DNA of 64,000 nt, from the NCBI GenBank assembly GCA_008369845.1, contig MRSU01010484.1, positions 1-64,000 of the forward strand. The letters are read 5' to 3'. The DNA is from Trichomonas gallinae. Lineage: Eukaryota. Every line of letters begins with the position of its first letter. The stretch's first letter is position 1. The translations under genes and the position numbers were made by a program. Shown piece after piece: positions 32,801-42,537 of the stretch. Below the pieces are notes generated by a model that saw nothing but the letters and a program-made list of their open reading frames with translations, was not told where the DNA came from and did no database searches.

Positions 32801-34525
32801 TATAAATTGCAAACTATAACATTCCCTTCTACAGTAACAGAAATTGGAAGTAATGCATTTAATAGATGTTCTTTATTAATTGATGTTGTACTCAATGACA
32901 ATGTAAATTATATCAGTGATTGTGCATTTCAAAGTTGCATCATGTTAAGATCTATCTACTTAGGAAATAGTTTGATAGGCATGGGAAATTCATCATTTGC
33001 CGGCTGTAATGCAACCATTGAATTTATTCTTCCGCAGACCGTAACATATTTTAAGGCCTTTACTTTTAGCAGCTGCACGAATCTTAAAAAGATCAATATC
33101 CCACCATCAGTATCTTTTATTGGAATTGGTGTATTTCAACATTGTGTCAATTTAGAGCATGTCTACATTAGCAGCCCAACATTAAATATAGAATGGAATG
33201 CGTTTTCATACAACATTCGATTGCAGACAATCAGAATTACAGGAGGTTTGACAAATTTGTCGGCTGAATGTTTCTCTTCATGTAATTATACCCATTTAGT
33301 CGATCTTGGGGAATCAAGTATAGTTTCTATAGGTGGATCTGCTTTTTCAAATTGTCATTCATTAATGAAAATAATATTACCTGAGACTTTGGTTTTAATT
33401 GGTTACGAGGCCTTTATTAATTGCTATGAACTGCAAAATATAGTATTACCTCCGAATCTAAATGAAATTGGAAAGTATGCCTTTTCAAACTGCAGAGCTC
33501 TGAACATCGTTTTCAACAGTAGGTTGAGAGTTATTAATAATTATGCTTTCTCTGGTGCCGGTCTTATTTTAGTTACACTTCCACAATTGACTCAATTAGG
33601 AGAATTTGCTTTCACAGGCTGTCCAAAGTTAAGAGATGTCAATATTCCGACTTCAATTACACATCTTTCGAAAGGTCTTTTCTCGAGTTCTTCAATTATG
33701 TCAATCCGACTCCATGATAGAATATATTCAATTGGAGAGTATTGTTTTTCTGGATGCTCAGAACTATTCTATATCAAGTTACCTAAAAGAATAAGCGAAA
33801 TAAATAGATATGCCTTCAGTGGCTGCAGTTCACTTGAACACATCGAACTTCCATCATCATTTTCAACAATTAGAGATTTTACATTTAGCGGTTGTACCTC
33901 ATTAACATCAATAACATTTCCATCCAGTATCAGTAACGTGAATGATTATGCATTTTCCTCATGCAAAAGACTTTCTAATGTTACAATTCTTTGCGAAGGA
34001 GCCAGATATTACAGATATATATTTTCTGGATGCCTTTCCTTAAGATCGTTAGTATTTCCACGAAACTCGCGTTTATATGACGATGCACTACGTGGTTGCT
34101 CAAATCTCCATGCGCTTTCTTTAATGGATGGATGTTTTATGGATGATTACGCCATTAGAGGTCTTACAAATATTAAATACTTTAGATTTGGACCTTCATT
34201 AGATGTGAGGTATGGGACAATGTATGATAAATTCATTCCATTCGTCGCATATTGTGGAACAAAAGAGATTTCAAAAACCAGCGAACTTTACAAACAAATC
34301 AATAGGTCATCATATTACATTCAGGTTCCAATGTCATACATCAACGAAACATTTGCAGGAAATCCTGCAAACAAATCGTTGACAAACGACTTTTGTATTC
34401 AACCAAAATATTTGGATTATTATCTAAATTGCGACCCACCTCTCGAATGCCCACAAGAATATTTCTCAAACAACCTTTTCTGGGTTTTCGGTAGCAATCT
34501 TGTTTTCCATGTCGCATCAAAATAA
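29867..34525 (+). CDS. BspA-like LRR protein, subtype A (A3), 1552 aa
   Basis: Paralog of A1 and A2; starts MTGNLINGILTISGVG, ends GSNLVFHVASK. Confidence 0.95.
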   Translation: MTGNLINGILTISGVGAINNPWKSEPNIRELVIENGITEIPSECFYNCTNLQTASLSNSITSIGSYAFWSCNKLNNINFPQTQLTIGSYAFYNCKSISQITYDSTFSFTIGEKAFIGCGSLRKIALNAESIRINSNAFNEIQSLNELTITSNIVQIDYKAFSECVNLNQFNIFSNNIAIGRNAFYSCSKIKALDFSSNSVTLGESSFYKCRNIEYINITSNYVSVENQAICEVNVQSVNIISNNTILAYNSFYNCHSIKLFILNSSKITYSHSAVGSCYNIKNFTIITENITLPNYMFYFCSSFSNLYIIANEIIQTYYFWNVYGPYFVSYNARKVTIEKSNTQCSKFHILADTINIRRNAFVNNGPETINITSNNTVIEENAFQECSNQRYAYFHGKNLKLFNYSFGKSQINTVYFNTSNTIVCGNAFYDCRKLIEINFHSGFNKLENNAFIFLIYLQRVHCNNNRFDIGENAFAYCHKLRELTGLSDIVNIGNGAFKWTNITSFNLTNTITSFGSHVFESCAALANVLIEDRFEYLTEYTFSWCGSLKSIELPASVTNIGPNCFQNCFSLEDVIMQNPDPFIGQYCFLNCSKYYSREYNSTKNNSERGIYSNTGITKIIIKPNVRYGEAQFSDCDFLESIIIEDGVTQLSAELFSSCRRIQAIHIPESCTTLGNGVFSYCTRISSANIPTTVTTIPDRFFCFTSIANFDFPEAITTISSYAFYHCKFENITFPPNLQSIGSYTFSNTYLRYLLFPSSLTSIGHAAFESNQCLFTVNFSQCTSVNVESYVFAHCIQLENFVNIEILTSSFPGGIFMECRSIRETIVLPHITCYSVEMYAYCENLITIKFQDYITLIDTRAFCGCKMLTHVDIPETITRIGSYAFAGCTGLSNVTIPTNIKMHEAAVFEGCQSLYDFHLPEGITSMGNSFFAYSGVKNVVFPPSLQMIPSYVLAGTNIEKFVIPEGVVVIGYAAFSNCYKLQTITFPSTVTEIGSNAFNRCSLLIDVVLNDNVNYISDCAFQSCIMLRSIYLGNSLIGMGNSSFAGCNATIEFILPQTVTYFKAFTFSSCTNLKKINIPPSVSFIGIGVFQHCVNLEHVYISSPTLNIEWNAFSYNIRLQTIRITGGLTNLSAECFSSCNYTHLVDLGESSIVSIGGSAFSNCHSLMKIILPETLVLIGYEAFINCYELQNIVLPPNLNEIGKYAFSNCRALNIVFNSRLRVINNYAFSGAGLILVTLPQLTQLGEFAFTGCPKLRDVNIPTSITHLSKGLFSSSSIMSIRLHDRIYSIGEYCFSGCSELFYIKLPKRISEINRYAFSGCSSLEHIELPSSFSTIRDFTFSGCTSLTSITFPSSISNVNDYAFSSCKRLSNVTILCEGARYYRYIFSGCLSLRSLVFPRNSRLYDDALRGCSNLHALSLMDGCFMDDYAIRGLTNIKYFRFGPSLDVRYGTMYDKFIPFVAYCGTKEISKTSELYKQINRSSYYIQVPMSYINETFAGNPANKSLTNDFCIQPKYLDYYLNCDPPLECPQEYFSNNLFWVFGSNLVFHVASK

Positions 34526-34835
34526 CTTTGTTTTTTTCAAAATTAAATTATCTATTTTTCATTTAAATAAGAGAATAATTTTTCTTCTTTATATTTTAAC
34601 AAAGTCAATCTTGATACGAATTAAAATATTAAAATAGCTAAGATGAAAGTTAAATAATTAGTATTCGAGATGTTATGATATAAATAAAAACAATCTTCAA
34701 TATTAATAGAAATAAAAAATTATTTTGCTAGAAGTTTCATAATAATTTTCGGTAGCTTGCTGTCCATTTTAGATACAAAAAAAATATTTGTTTTTAATTC
34801 GTAATACCGAAAACTGAATTTTTTAATAAACATGA

Positions 34836-36932
34836 TTAAAATTCATCAACCCATTTATCGTCGAATCTTGATACTGCTATTTCTTCTTGATCTGGATTCT
34901 GGAAGTCTTCTTCGAACATGTCTTCAACCATAACTGATTGGTCGACACTTGTTGGCGGTTTTATTGGTCCGCTTGAGAAAATGCTTGACGTGATGACTGG
35001 ATTAGTGAAGTCGTCATCGAACATGTCTTCAATTTTGACAATAGATGGTCCATCTTTGTTGATGTTCTGCAGCCAGAGATCGGATCTTTCTGGAAGGAAG
35101 TCACTGTTGTCTTCATTTGCTCCGATTGTCATCACAGTTTCTTCTTCCATCTGAATTGGATCATCTGTCTCTTCCTCTTCTTCTGGTTCGCGTGTTGCGT
35201 AGACGAAGTAATATATGCAAAACGCGAGAACTCCGAGCAAAGCGACTAATGCAAAAATGACAAAGATCCATGCATTGTTCTTCTTCTTCTTTTCGTTGTC
35301 TTTGATGAATATTGGGTCATTATTTGTTGAAATATTCGAAACGTAAGCGATCGGAGCAGAGGCTTCTGGTGTCGGCTTCAATGTTGGCGGTGGTGTTGTT
35401 GGAGGCGGAGTCGGGAATGGCGTGTGATCTGGCATATCAGGCATAGATGTGTAAGACTTCATGCCAGGCATCATCGAGAGAGAAGTGAAGAATTGTGTCA
35501 TGTTGGCATGAACAGAAAATGAAAGCGGCGTGATTGCTGATCGAGTAGTAGGGAAAGGAAGGTTTGTGATTGGAGTTGCTTGATAAATAAATGTTGTTGG
35601 AGCAGGAATATCAACAGTTGTGCAGTTCTCTGTGTTATTCATTGGTGCGAAACTTGGCAATGTTTCACTTGGATGTGTTGGCTCTGGATCTGTGAGGCCA
35701 GAATTGATGTTCACGCACTGATCTAAGCCAGTCATATTGAAACTCGAGCCGCCGCGAAATTCCCAAACTTGCCATGATGATGAGTTCAATGGCCATGTCT
35801 GGTATACTTTAGAGACATACTGGGATACTTCGTTTTCTATGTAGCACTCTTTCTTGTAACCCCAAACGAAATCATTCCACGAAAACCACTTTGAGTAGCC
35901 TTCGAGGAGAATCTCGTGTCCTGCACCATCTCCATATGATCCACCTGTGTATGTTGCACTGTCTTTGTAGTAACAGTTGTATTCGGAAATAAAATGCCTT
36001 TGTAAGAACGATTGTGTGCCTGTTGGAAGGCTTCCCTTGTATGAGTCTGAGTAGAAGCATATGGCACCGCCGCCTCTTGCCTTCTCGTGGTTAGCAATCT
36101 TTGTATTTGAAAATGTATTGTCGATATGTTCGTTGTGGAATAATTTTCTCATCTTAGTTGGTAAATGTGTCTCGAGGTTGTTGGCGTTCACGATGTTGTA
36201 AGCGAATTGGCACTTAACAACTTTCATATCATCACAATTTGCAGAGTGAATGGCTCCACCACCGAAGCTGCACTTATTTTGAATGAATCTTGTCTGTTCT
36301 ACGTATATTTCAATAGCATATGATATAGCAATCGCGCCTCCGATTTCAAATGCAAGATTATCAGCGAATTTGCAGCGAGCGAGAACCATTTTTATCTCAG
36401 GAGCCAAGTAAGTTTGACTTTGTCCATTGAAATCGGTGAAAATTCCTTGGAAATAGATTCCCCCACCAAATTTGTAGGCTTTGTTCCCTTTGAATTCGGT
36501 TGAGTATACTAGTGATGGAGACGCGAAAAGAGCAATGGCGCCGCCAACAGCAGCCTCATTTGTTGCAAATTTCACTGGATGAGAAACTCCAAGGTTTTCT
36601 GGGTCACTGTACGAAGATATTGTAAGTAGAGACTGACAGAGGAAGATAGCTCCTCCAGAATCGGTAGATCTCGAAGATCCAAACGCATAATTATTAATAA
36701 AAGATGATTTTCCTGTAATTGTTAATGATGATCGGTAGTAATAGAATTCTCTTTGCGAATTTGAGTATTGAGTTGAAATTGTGACTTCTAAATTAAATTT
36801 TGAATCGATAATTGTGTTATTCATGAACATAGCCTCGACAAACGAAGGCTCTCTCTCCCTGTCAATGGGTATTTTGTCGTTAAATGAGCTCAAATACTCA
36901 AAATTTCGAATAAAAACTAAAAGAAGGAGCAT
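34836..36932 (-). CDS. Polymorphic membrane protein (Pmp)-like type I surface protein, 698 aa
   Basis: Short hydrophobic N-terminus; repeated FxxN...GGAI motifs (FINN..SGGAIF, FATN..VGGAIA, FADN..IGGAIA, FIQN..GGGAIH); Pro/Thr stalk; TM helix WIFVIFALVALLGVLAFCIYYFVY; acidic cytoplasmic tail. Confidence 0.88.
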   Translation of the reverse strand: MLLLLVFIRNFEYLSSFNDKIPIDREREPSFVEAMFMNNTIIDSKFNLEVTISTQYSNSQREFYYYRSSLTITGKSSFINNYAFGSSRSTDSGGAIFLCQSLLTISSYSDPENLGVSHPVKFATNEAAVGGAIALFASPSLVYSTEFKGNKAYKFGGGIYFQGIFTDFNGQSQTYLAPEIKMVLARCKFADNLAFEIGGAIAISYAIEIYVEQTRFIQNKCSFGGGAIHSANCDDMKVVKCQFAYNIVNANNLETHLPTKMRKLFHNEHIDNTFSNTKIANHEKARGGGAICFYSDSYKGSLPTGTQSFLQRHFISEYNCYYKDSATYTGGSYGDGAGHEILLEGYSKWFSWNDFVWGYKKECYIENEVSQYVSKVYQTWPLNSSSWQVWEFRGGSSFNMTGLDQCVNINSGLTDPEPTHPSETLPSFAPMNNTENCTTVDIPAPTTFIYQATPITNLPFPTTRSAITPLSFSVHANMTQFFTSLSMMPGMKSYTSMPDMPDHTPFPTPPPTTPPPTLKPTPEASAPIAYVSNISTNNDPIFIKDNEKKKKNNAWIFVIFALVALLGVLAFCIYYFVYATREPEEEEETDDPIQMEEETVMTIGANEDNSDFLPERSDLWLQNINKDGPSIVKIEDMFDDDFTNPVITSSIFSSGPIKPPTSVDQSVMVEDMFEEDFQNPDQEEIAVSRFDDKWVDEF

Positions 36933-37418
36933 TTTTTCAATCTTATTTTTTTATTCTCAATTTTTTTCTCAGAAAAATTTTGAACTTAAAAATTATATTC
37001 AGCACACTAAGATATAACTAAAATATTTTTGCTGATTCAATTTATTTTAACCTTATTTGACTTTATTGTGTTTAAACTAGCGTATTATTGTCTGTAATTA
37101 CAAATTACCAAAAATTTCACAGAGAAATTTTTAATCTACAAAATTGCTGTAAAAATTGAAATTAGCTTTCGGCACCATGATATTCTTAAACAATCAGACA
37201 TGTAGATATTGAAACTATGGATACGAAACTGATTTTCCTTTTATTTGACTGATTTTGTTGGAAATTAAAATTGATGTGGATAATATAAAAGTGCCAGAAA
37301 TCAGTTTTTGGAAAATATTTTGTAATTTATATGTATAATTAATTTCCTATTAAAGGAAATCACTTCTTTCACAGACTCATTAACTGTGAAAATCTGATAT
37401 TATTTTCACAGTCATTTG

Positions 37419-37644
37419 CCTTGTAAAATCATGAAATGTCATGTAAAAATATTGGCTGAATCCGCTTATTGAAAATTGAATTATTTTAACATGTAAAATC
37501 AATATTGATCTTGTAAAGTTTCTGTCAATGCAATGAAAATTGGGTTATTTTGACATGTAAACTAAAGTTTGCTCTTGTAAAATGTAAAAGCTTGTCAATA
37601 CATTGAAAATTCAAATGATATGATTAAATTTTGACATGTAAAGT
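37419..37644. repeat. Degenerate tandem repeat, ~64-70 bp unit
   Basis: Units a(t/a)tgaaaatt...tttt(g/a)acatgtaaa...cttgtaaa...tgtcaat begin at about 37468, 37532 and 37602. Confidence 0.65.
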
Positions 37645-37709
37645 GAAAGATAACAATAATGAAAGTTTATTATATTGATAATATAAGGATTTCATGGTAA
37701 AAACACAGG

Positions 37710-39212
37710 TTAAAGTTCGGGTATTGCGTGAGGCTCATCGTTTTCTGTTTCATCATACTTACTATCGTATTTGCTATCATCAAGTCTATATTTCTCCTCA
37801 GATTCAACTTTCTCTTTGTCATCTTCAACTATTTTGCCTTTCATGATCATGATGATCCTATAGAAAGGCTTTATAAGCAAAGCAGTACCAAGGAGGAATC
37901 CAACAACAGAAGAAATGCTGAAACTCCATAGGAGTCTTTCTGTCTTCGCTGGATATAAGTAATACAACAAGTAAGCGGATGCTATTGACACAACGAAATT
38001 AGAAATGAAAGAGATAATCATCGCTCTCTTGCCTCTCTGCTGTGATTGAAGCATTGTTTGGATAGTATATCTCGCAAAGAAGATGAATGTTCCCCAGTTT
38101 GCAGCAGGAAGCTCTTTTTTACACCATCTCAAATAAGCGTCATCTGAACCGAATAATTTACCAATTTGGACAGGCAACCACATGCCAAATATCATAACAA
38201 TGATGCACCACATGAAATCTATCCAGTTCAAATGAATAGAAAGCCTGACGTATCTATGGTAAAGTTTCGCAGCATAAGCGTAAGAAGCTGCCGGAAGGAA
38301 ACCGGTGCAAAGAGCTAAGACTACGGCAGTTGCAACACCAGTGTATCTGCAGACAACATTGAAGGCTGCCATAGCTAAATCGTAATCTGTAGGATTTTCA
38401 AGGGAAAGACCGATTAATCTTCTCAATATGATACCAGGGATAGAAGTACTTATCTGTGAGATTAATTGGGAGCTTCCTGTCAAAAGAGCTTGGAATGTAG
38501 ATTTGCTGAATGGCTTCAAAAGGCCTTTGAGCTTCGGTTTGACGCCAAACTTGCCTGAAAAGTATAAAATAGTAAGGATAATGCCTGGAACACCGTCAGC
38601 GATGATTGTAGAGTAAGATGGGCCAGCAATTCCAGTTTTGAACGTGCCTAAAAAGAGTGGATTAAGGATTCCCATGCCAATACCTAAGGCAACGATGTCA
38701 ATGCAGCCTACAAGAAGTGTTCTGCCTTCAGCTTGCAAAAATCCAACATTTGTATAGAAGATGCAAGTGAAAACATTACCTGCAGCTTGAGGTAGAATGT
38801 AGTCAAAAGCTAAATCAACTGTTTCTGGAGTCGCTTTGAACCATCTGGAAAATGGTTTATTAATTGGAATAAGAATTGCGGGCACAATCATGCCACAAAT
38901 AAGTGCTGTTCTGTATAAATCGCACGCAACTTGCTCGCATTCTTCGAATCTCTTTTGTCCGAATAAGGCAGAGATTTGGGAAGAGGCAGCAATCGACAAA
39001 AAGAGTCCAAAAGAGCGTGCCATGAACTCCCAAGCAATATCTGTAGCGACAGCAGACATTCCCACTTCACCTATATATTTCGATATCCAAATCGTATTAA
39101 TGATACCGTATAAAGTACTAGTGATTTGTGAGCACAATGGTCCTATCATTAAAATTAAAATAGTAACTAATGGTGGACGCCCAGCTAGTCTCTTGATCTC
39201 TTGCTCACCCAT
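37710..39212 (-). CDS. MATE family efflux transporter, 500 aa
   Basis: ~12 TM segments in two halves, with MATE-type motifs (LYGIINTIWISKYIG..GMSAV, ISALFGQKRFE, LQAEGRT, LNPLF..GIAG). Confidence 0.92.
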   Translation of the reverse strand: MGEQEIKRLAGRPPLVTILILMIGPLCSQITSTLYGIINTIWISKYIGEVGMSAVATDIAWEFMARSFGLFLSIAASSQISALFGQKRFEECEQVACDLYRTALICGMIVPAILIPINKPFSRWFKATPETVDLAFDYILPQAAGNVFTCIFYTNVGFLQAEGRTLLVGCIDIVALGIGMGILNPLFLGTFKTGIAGPSYSTIIADGVPGIILTILYFSGKFGVKPKLKGLLKPFSKSTFQALLTGSSQLISQISTSIPGIILRRLIGLSLENPTDYDLAMAAFNVVCRYTGVATAVVLALCTGFLPAASYAYAAKLYHRYVRLSIHLNWIDFMWCIIVMIFGMWLPVQIGKLFGSDDAYLRWCKKELPAANWGTFIFFARYTIQTMLQSQQRGKRAMIISFISNFVVSIASAYLLYYLYPAKTERLLWSFSISSVVGFLLGTALLIKPFYRIIMIMKGKIVEDDKEKVESEEKYRLDDSKYDSKYDETENDEPHAIPEL

Positions 39213-39218
39213 GGAAAA

Positions 39219-39224
39219 TAATGA
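39219..39224 (-). promoter_or_regulatory. Initiator (Inr) TCATTA
   Basis: TCAYT-type motif a few nt upstream of the MATE ATG, as known for trichomonad promoters. Confidence 0.6.
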
Positions 39225-39677
39225 ATTTTTTGAATTCTAACTTATCATTTCAATCAAATCATTCTAATAAAGACAATGCAACAAAAAACAATGCAAACCA
39301 TTTGAAATCAACACTTTGAATCGTTGTCAATTTTGAAAGGAGTTTACAAAAAATAAACATGAGAAGAAAAATATTAGTCTATAGCATGCCTTGATGCCAT
39401 ATAAGTGGGAAATCCGCTAAAAACGATCCTTATTCTTTACGATCGAAATAAGAAAGTCATTTATGCTATTGTTTGCAGTGGAACTAACACTATATTCCCA
39501 AATAAAACCATATGGATTGAACCAACTAGTAAATTGCCATTTATGGAAAAAATTTTATCAAAATATTATTGAAACACTGAATTACAAACTAATTGACATC
39601 AATACCATAGTTGTATGAAAGAAATTAACCATCATGAACATTCTTTCATCAGTTTCTCTCGAAAATCAATTTACTTC

Positions 39678-39899
39678 GAAATATATCAATCTATTTGAAA
39701 CTTATTGCTACTTTAAATAGCTCGCTATGCATATTAACCAGGATATTTGCAAATATCTTTTCATGATAAAATTCATGATATTTCATTATGAAATATATCA
39801 ACTTATTTGAAACTCATTATTACTTTATATGACTCATTATGCCTCATGACTATGATTTTTGTGACTTTTTAATAATAAAACTCATGATAATTTTATTGT
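39678..39899. repeat. Diverged tandem duplication, 112 bp period, two copies
   Basis: gaaatatatcaa..tatttgaaact.att..tacttt...ataaaa.tcatgata begins at 39678 and at 39790. Confidence 0.75.
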
Positions 39900-40002
39900 T
39901 TCAAAAATCAATGGTTTGATGAGTTATTTCTTCAGAAAATAATTGATATGTATATAGATAGAGCGATTTTATTCGTAATTCTGGTATATTCTCTATAAAA
40001 AT

Positions 40003-41262
40003 TTAGACTTTGACGATTTTTTCTGTATTATCGTGTTTGTTGAAAAGTTTCTTCTTTTCTTCAATGAGGACATCGATTGCATCACCAATTCTTGAGTTAA
40101 TGTCGATGTTTTGAAGAGCATATTTTGTGAGATCAGCAAATGTCTGAGTTTCCTTTGCGCTGATCAATCCAGGCATGTATGTTGTTGATAAATCGAATCT
40201 CTTTGTTTCGCCATTATCAACACAGTAAGTGATAATTGGCAAACACAAAATATGACTTGCGCCGACAGAGTGAGTCATCAAGAAAACGTCCTTGATAGGA
40301 CCCTTTGCGATGAAGTTTCCAATAGATGAACGAATAGACACGGCACCTGGAATGACATCTGCCTTTGGATATCCGTACTTAATTGCATTCCAGTAAGCGA
40401 AATGCGCGTTTCTTTTGAGCTTGTCTTGCAAATCTTGTCTGTACAATTTCATCATTTCTGCGACTGATGTATCAGCTGTAGCTCCCTTTAAGTCAACAGG
40501 AATGATTGTACAATGGTTTCCTTGACGAGTATTGAGCTTTGGATCTGCGTAAGGTCTCATACCGATAACTTCCCAAAGACCTCCTTTGCCAAACTTTCCA
40601 TTCATGGCGCTAAGTGTTAAAGCCATTGATGCAAAGTATGATTCTGTCAATCCGTGAAGCTTCTTGTCATTCTTATCGAAGCATTTGAATTCATAATCGT
40701 ATAATGATGAATATACGCAATATGAATTGTTGGATAGTGTTGAATTCTTGATGTCTGCGTTATCATAACGAAGAGAATTTTTGTTTGTTAAGAAGCTATC
40801 AAAGAAAATTTTTGATTTTTCGATCTGTTCAGGATATACATCGTAAACATCTAAAGGAAGCTCTAATTTTGGCAACTCTTTGCCGAGGCTCAAGCATTCT
40901 GTAATATCTTTAACGGCACCGCCATCATTGACACCATGGTTTAGAGAGAATACGACTGTATCATCTGAGACGCCAATTGAACCAAGTGCAATGTTAGATG
41001 GCTTGGAAATATGTTCTTCAAGATATTGAGCCTGATCTCTGAGATTTGAAATGTTTGAAGGGATTTTATGGATTGGTGTATCTCTTGGCATGAAAACATA
41101 CTCATCACCCTCAACATGGGTGTGAAATGTCGCTAAAGATTTAATCAATTTTTCGCAAATTTCATCTCTTGCGAGTTTATCTTTAACACGATAAGCTACA
41201 ACGACATTGGAGCATGTCGGGATATATTGTCTTTCGAGGAGGCTCATCTTTCTTCTCAGCAT
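40003..41262 (-). CDS. CoA-dependent acyltransferase / condensation-domain-like protein, ~419 aa
   Basis: HxxxDG motif (LNHGVNDGG), N-terminal RKMSLLER and overall size fit alcohol acyltransferase-like proteins. First ATG at 41262. Confidence 0.65.
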   Translation of the reverse strand: MLRRKMSLLERQYIPTCSNVVVAYRVKDKLARDEICEKLIKSLATFHTHVEGDEYVFMPRDTPIHKIPSNISNLRDQAQYLEEHISKPSNIALGSIGVSDDTVVFSLNHGVNDGGAVKDITECLSLGKELPKLELPLDVYDVYPEQIEKSKIFFDSFLTNKNSLRYDNADIKNSTLSNNSYCVYSSLYDYEFKCFDKNDKKLHGLTESYFASMALTLSAMNGKFGKGGLWEVIGMRPYADPKLNTRQGNHCTIIPVDLKGATADTSVAEMMKLYRQDLQDKLKRNAHFAYWNAIKYGYPKADVIPGAVSIRSSIGNFIAKGPIKDVFLMTHSVGASHILCLPIITYCVDNGETKRFDLSTTYMPGLISAKETQTFADLTKYALQNIDINSRIGDAIDVLIEEKKKLFNKHDNTEKIVKV

Positions 41263-41269
41263 TTTCAAG

Positions 41270-41280
41270 AAATGAGATGA
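41270..41280 (-). promoter_or_regulatory. Tandem Inr TCATCTCATTT
   Basis: Immediately upstream of the ATG at 41262. Confidence 0.6.
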
Positions 41281-41432
41281 ACAATATTTCCTCTCAAACT
41301 CATTAAATTTTCAAAAAGGTGTGAATTCACACGAAATGTAGCGAATTCATACAGCATTTATTGGGTCTATTGCGATTCTATGAGCAGTATCCCACAAAGC
41401 TGCTCTACAAGCTATGGCACATATTAACTAAC

Positions 41433-41480
41433 CTTGTTAATTTGTTAATAACAAGAAGTTATTAATAATAAATTAACAAG
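41433..41480. repeat. AT-rich imperfect hairpin
   Basis: cttgttaattt pairs with aaattaacaag; inner ttaataac pairs with gttattaa; loop aagaa. Confidence 0.55.
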
Positions 41481-42321
41481 AAGTTATGTGAATAATTTTA
41501 CATGACGGATTGTCATATTTTAGGGTATATTTGTATAATTTACATGTCAGGTTTTATTGATTGTTGTCAAAATTTTATGAAACTTGATTCTTTAAAAAAA
41601 TATCATTTTTAGACGTTTTTGTCACTAACATTGATTGCAAACAAAATAAAACTAATACAATGTTTAAAATACAGAGCAAATATCGAAAAGTAATACAGAC
41701 CTTTTTGTGTTATAGTCCATATCGAATCTATGAGTATCATTCCATTGATTGTATGACTCTCTTAGTAAAAATCATTACAAAATTTTTTTCAATAATAGAA
41801 ATAATGAATATTTTAAACAAATTACATTAATTTTGGATAGAAAACTGATCATTTCCAATTCCGACATGTTAGAAAGTTAGTTTGTGTTTTCAAAAAATTG
41901 CAAATTAACAATAAAAAGGTAAAAATCTACCTCTTTTTACTTAAAAATACGAATTTTAATGGAAAATGAAAAAATCAAAATCATGAGAACCAAATTATTT
42001 TAGTTAAGGATCATATTTTTCAAGTCAAATCGAATTTTAATGCAAATTTGATTTATTTCTCCATCCTATTTCACAAAGTATCTTTTGTTCTTTCACCTAT
42101 TTATTGTTTTTATGTCATAATGCATATTTTTATTAACCATTTTGAGTTATCCTAGAGATATTATTAAAAAATAAAAAAAATTATGAAAAATCCCATTAAG
42201 CGATGAATTTGATCCGAAGATCATAATCCTATTGTCGCACAATGGCGAGTAAGTAAGAGAATTACATATGTTTAAGTAACATAAATATACAAACAAACAT
42301 AAAATATGCCCTTAAAGAAGT

Positions 42322-42537
42322 TCAATAGTCGGAACTGTCGGATGATTGTGGAGCTGAGTAGTTGACAAGTGGGTGAATCCTGCTACATGTTTCTAAACCA
42401 GGCGCTCTGAAAAAATTTGTAGAATGGGGCGCATTACATCTTTTAAGACGCGCACCAATGAAGCTTGGGCTTGCCCTGAAGCAAGATTTGAAGTCGCTGA
42501 CGTTTTGGTGGTAAAGAAACGGACTTTGTTTTTCCAT
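42322..42537 (-). CDS. Small hypothetical protein, 71 aa
   Basis: GC-elevated island that coincides with the ORF MEKQSPFLYHQN...SSDSSDY; AAAATG start context. Confidence 0.5.
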   Translation of the reverse strand: MEKQSPFLYHQNVSDFKSCFRASPSFIGARLKRCNAPHSTNFFRAPGLETCSRIHPLVNYSAPQSSDSSDY

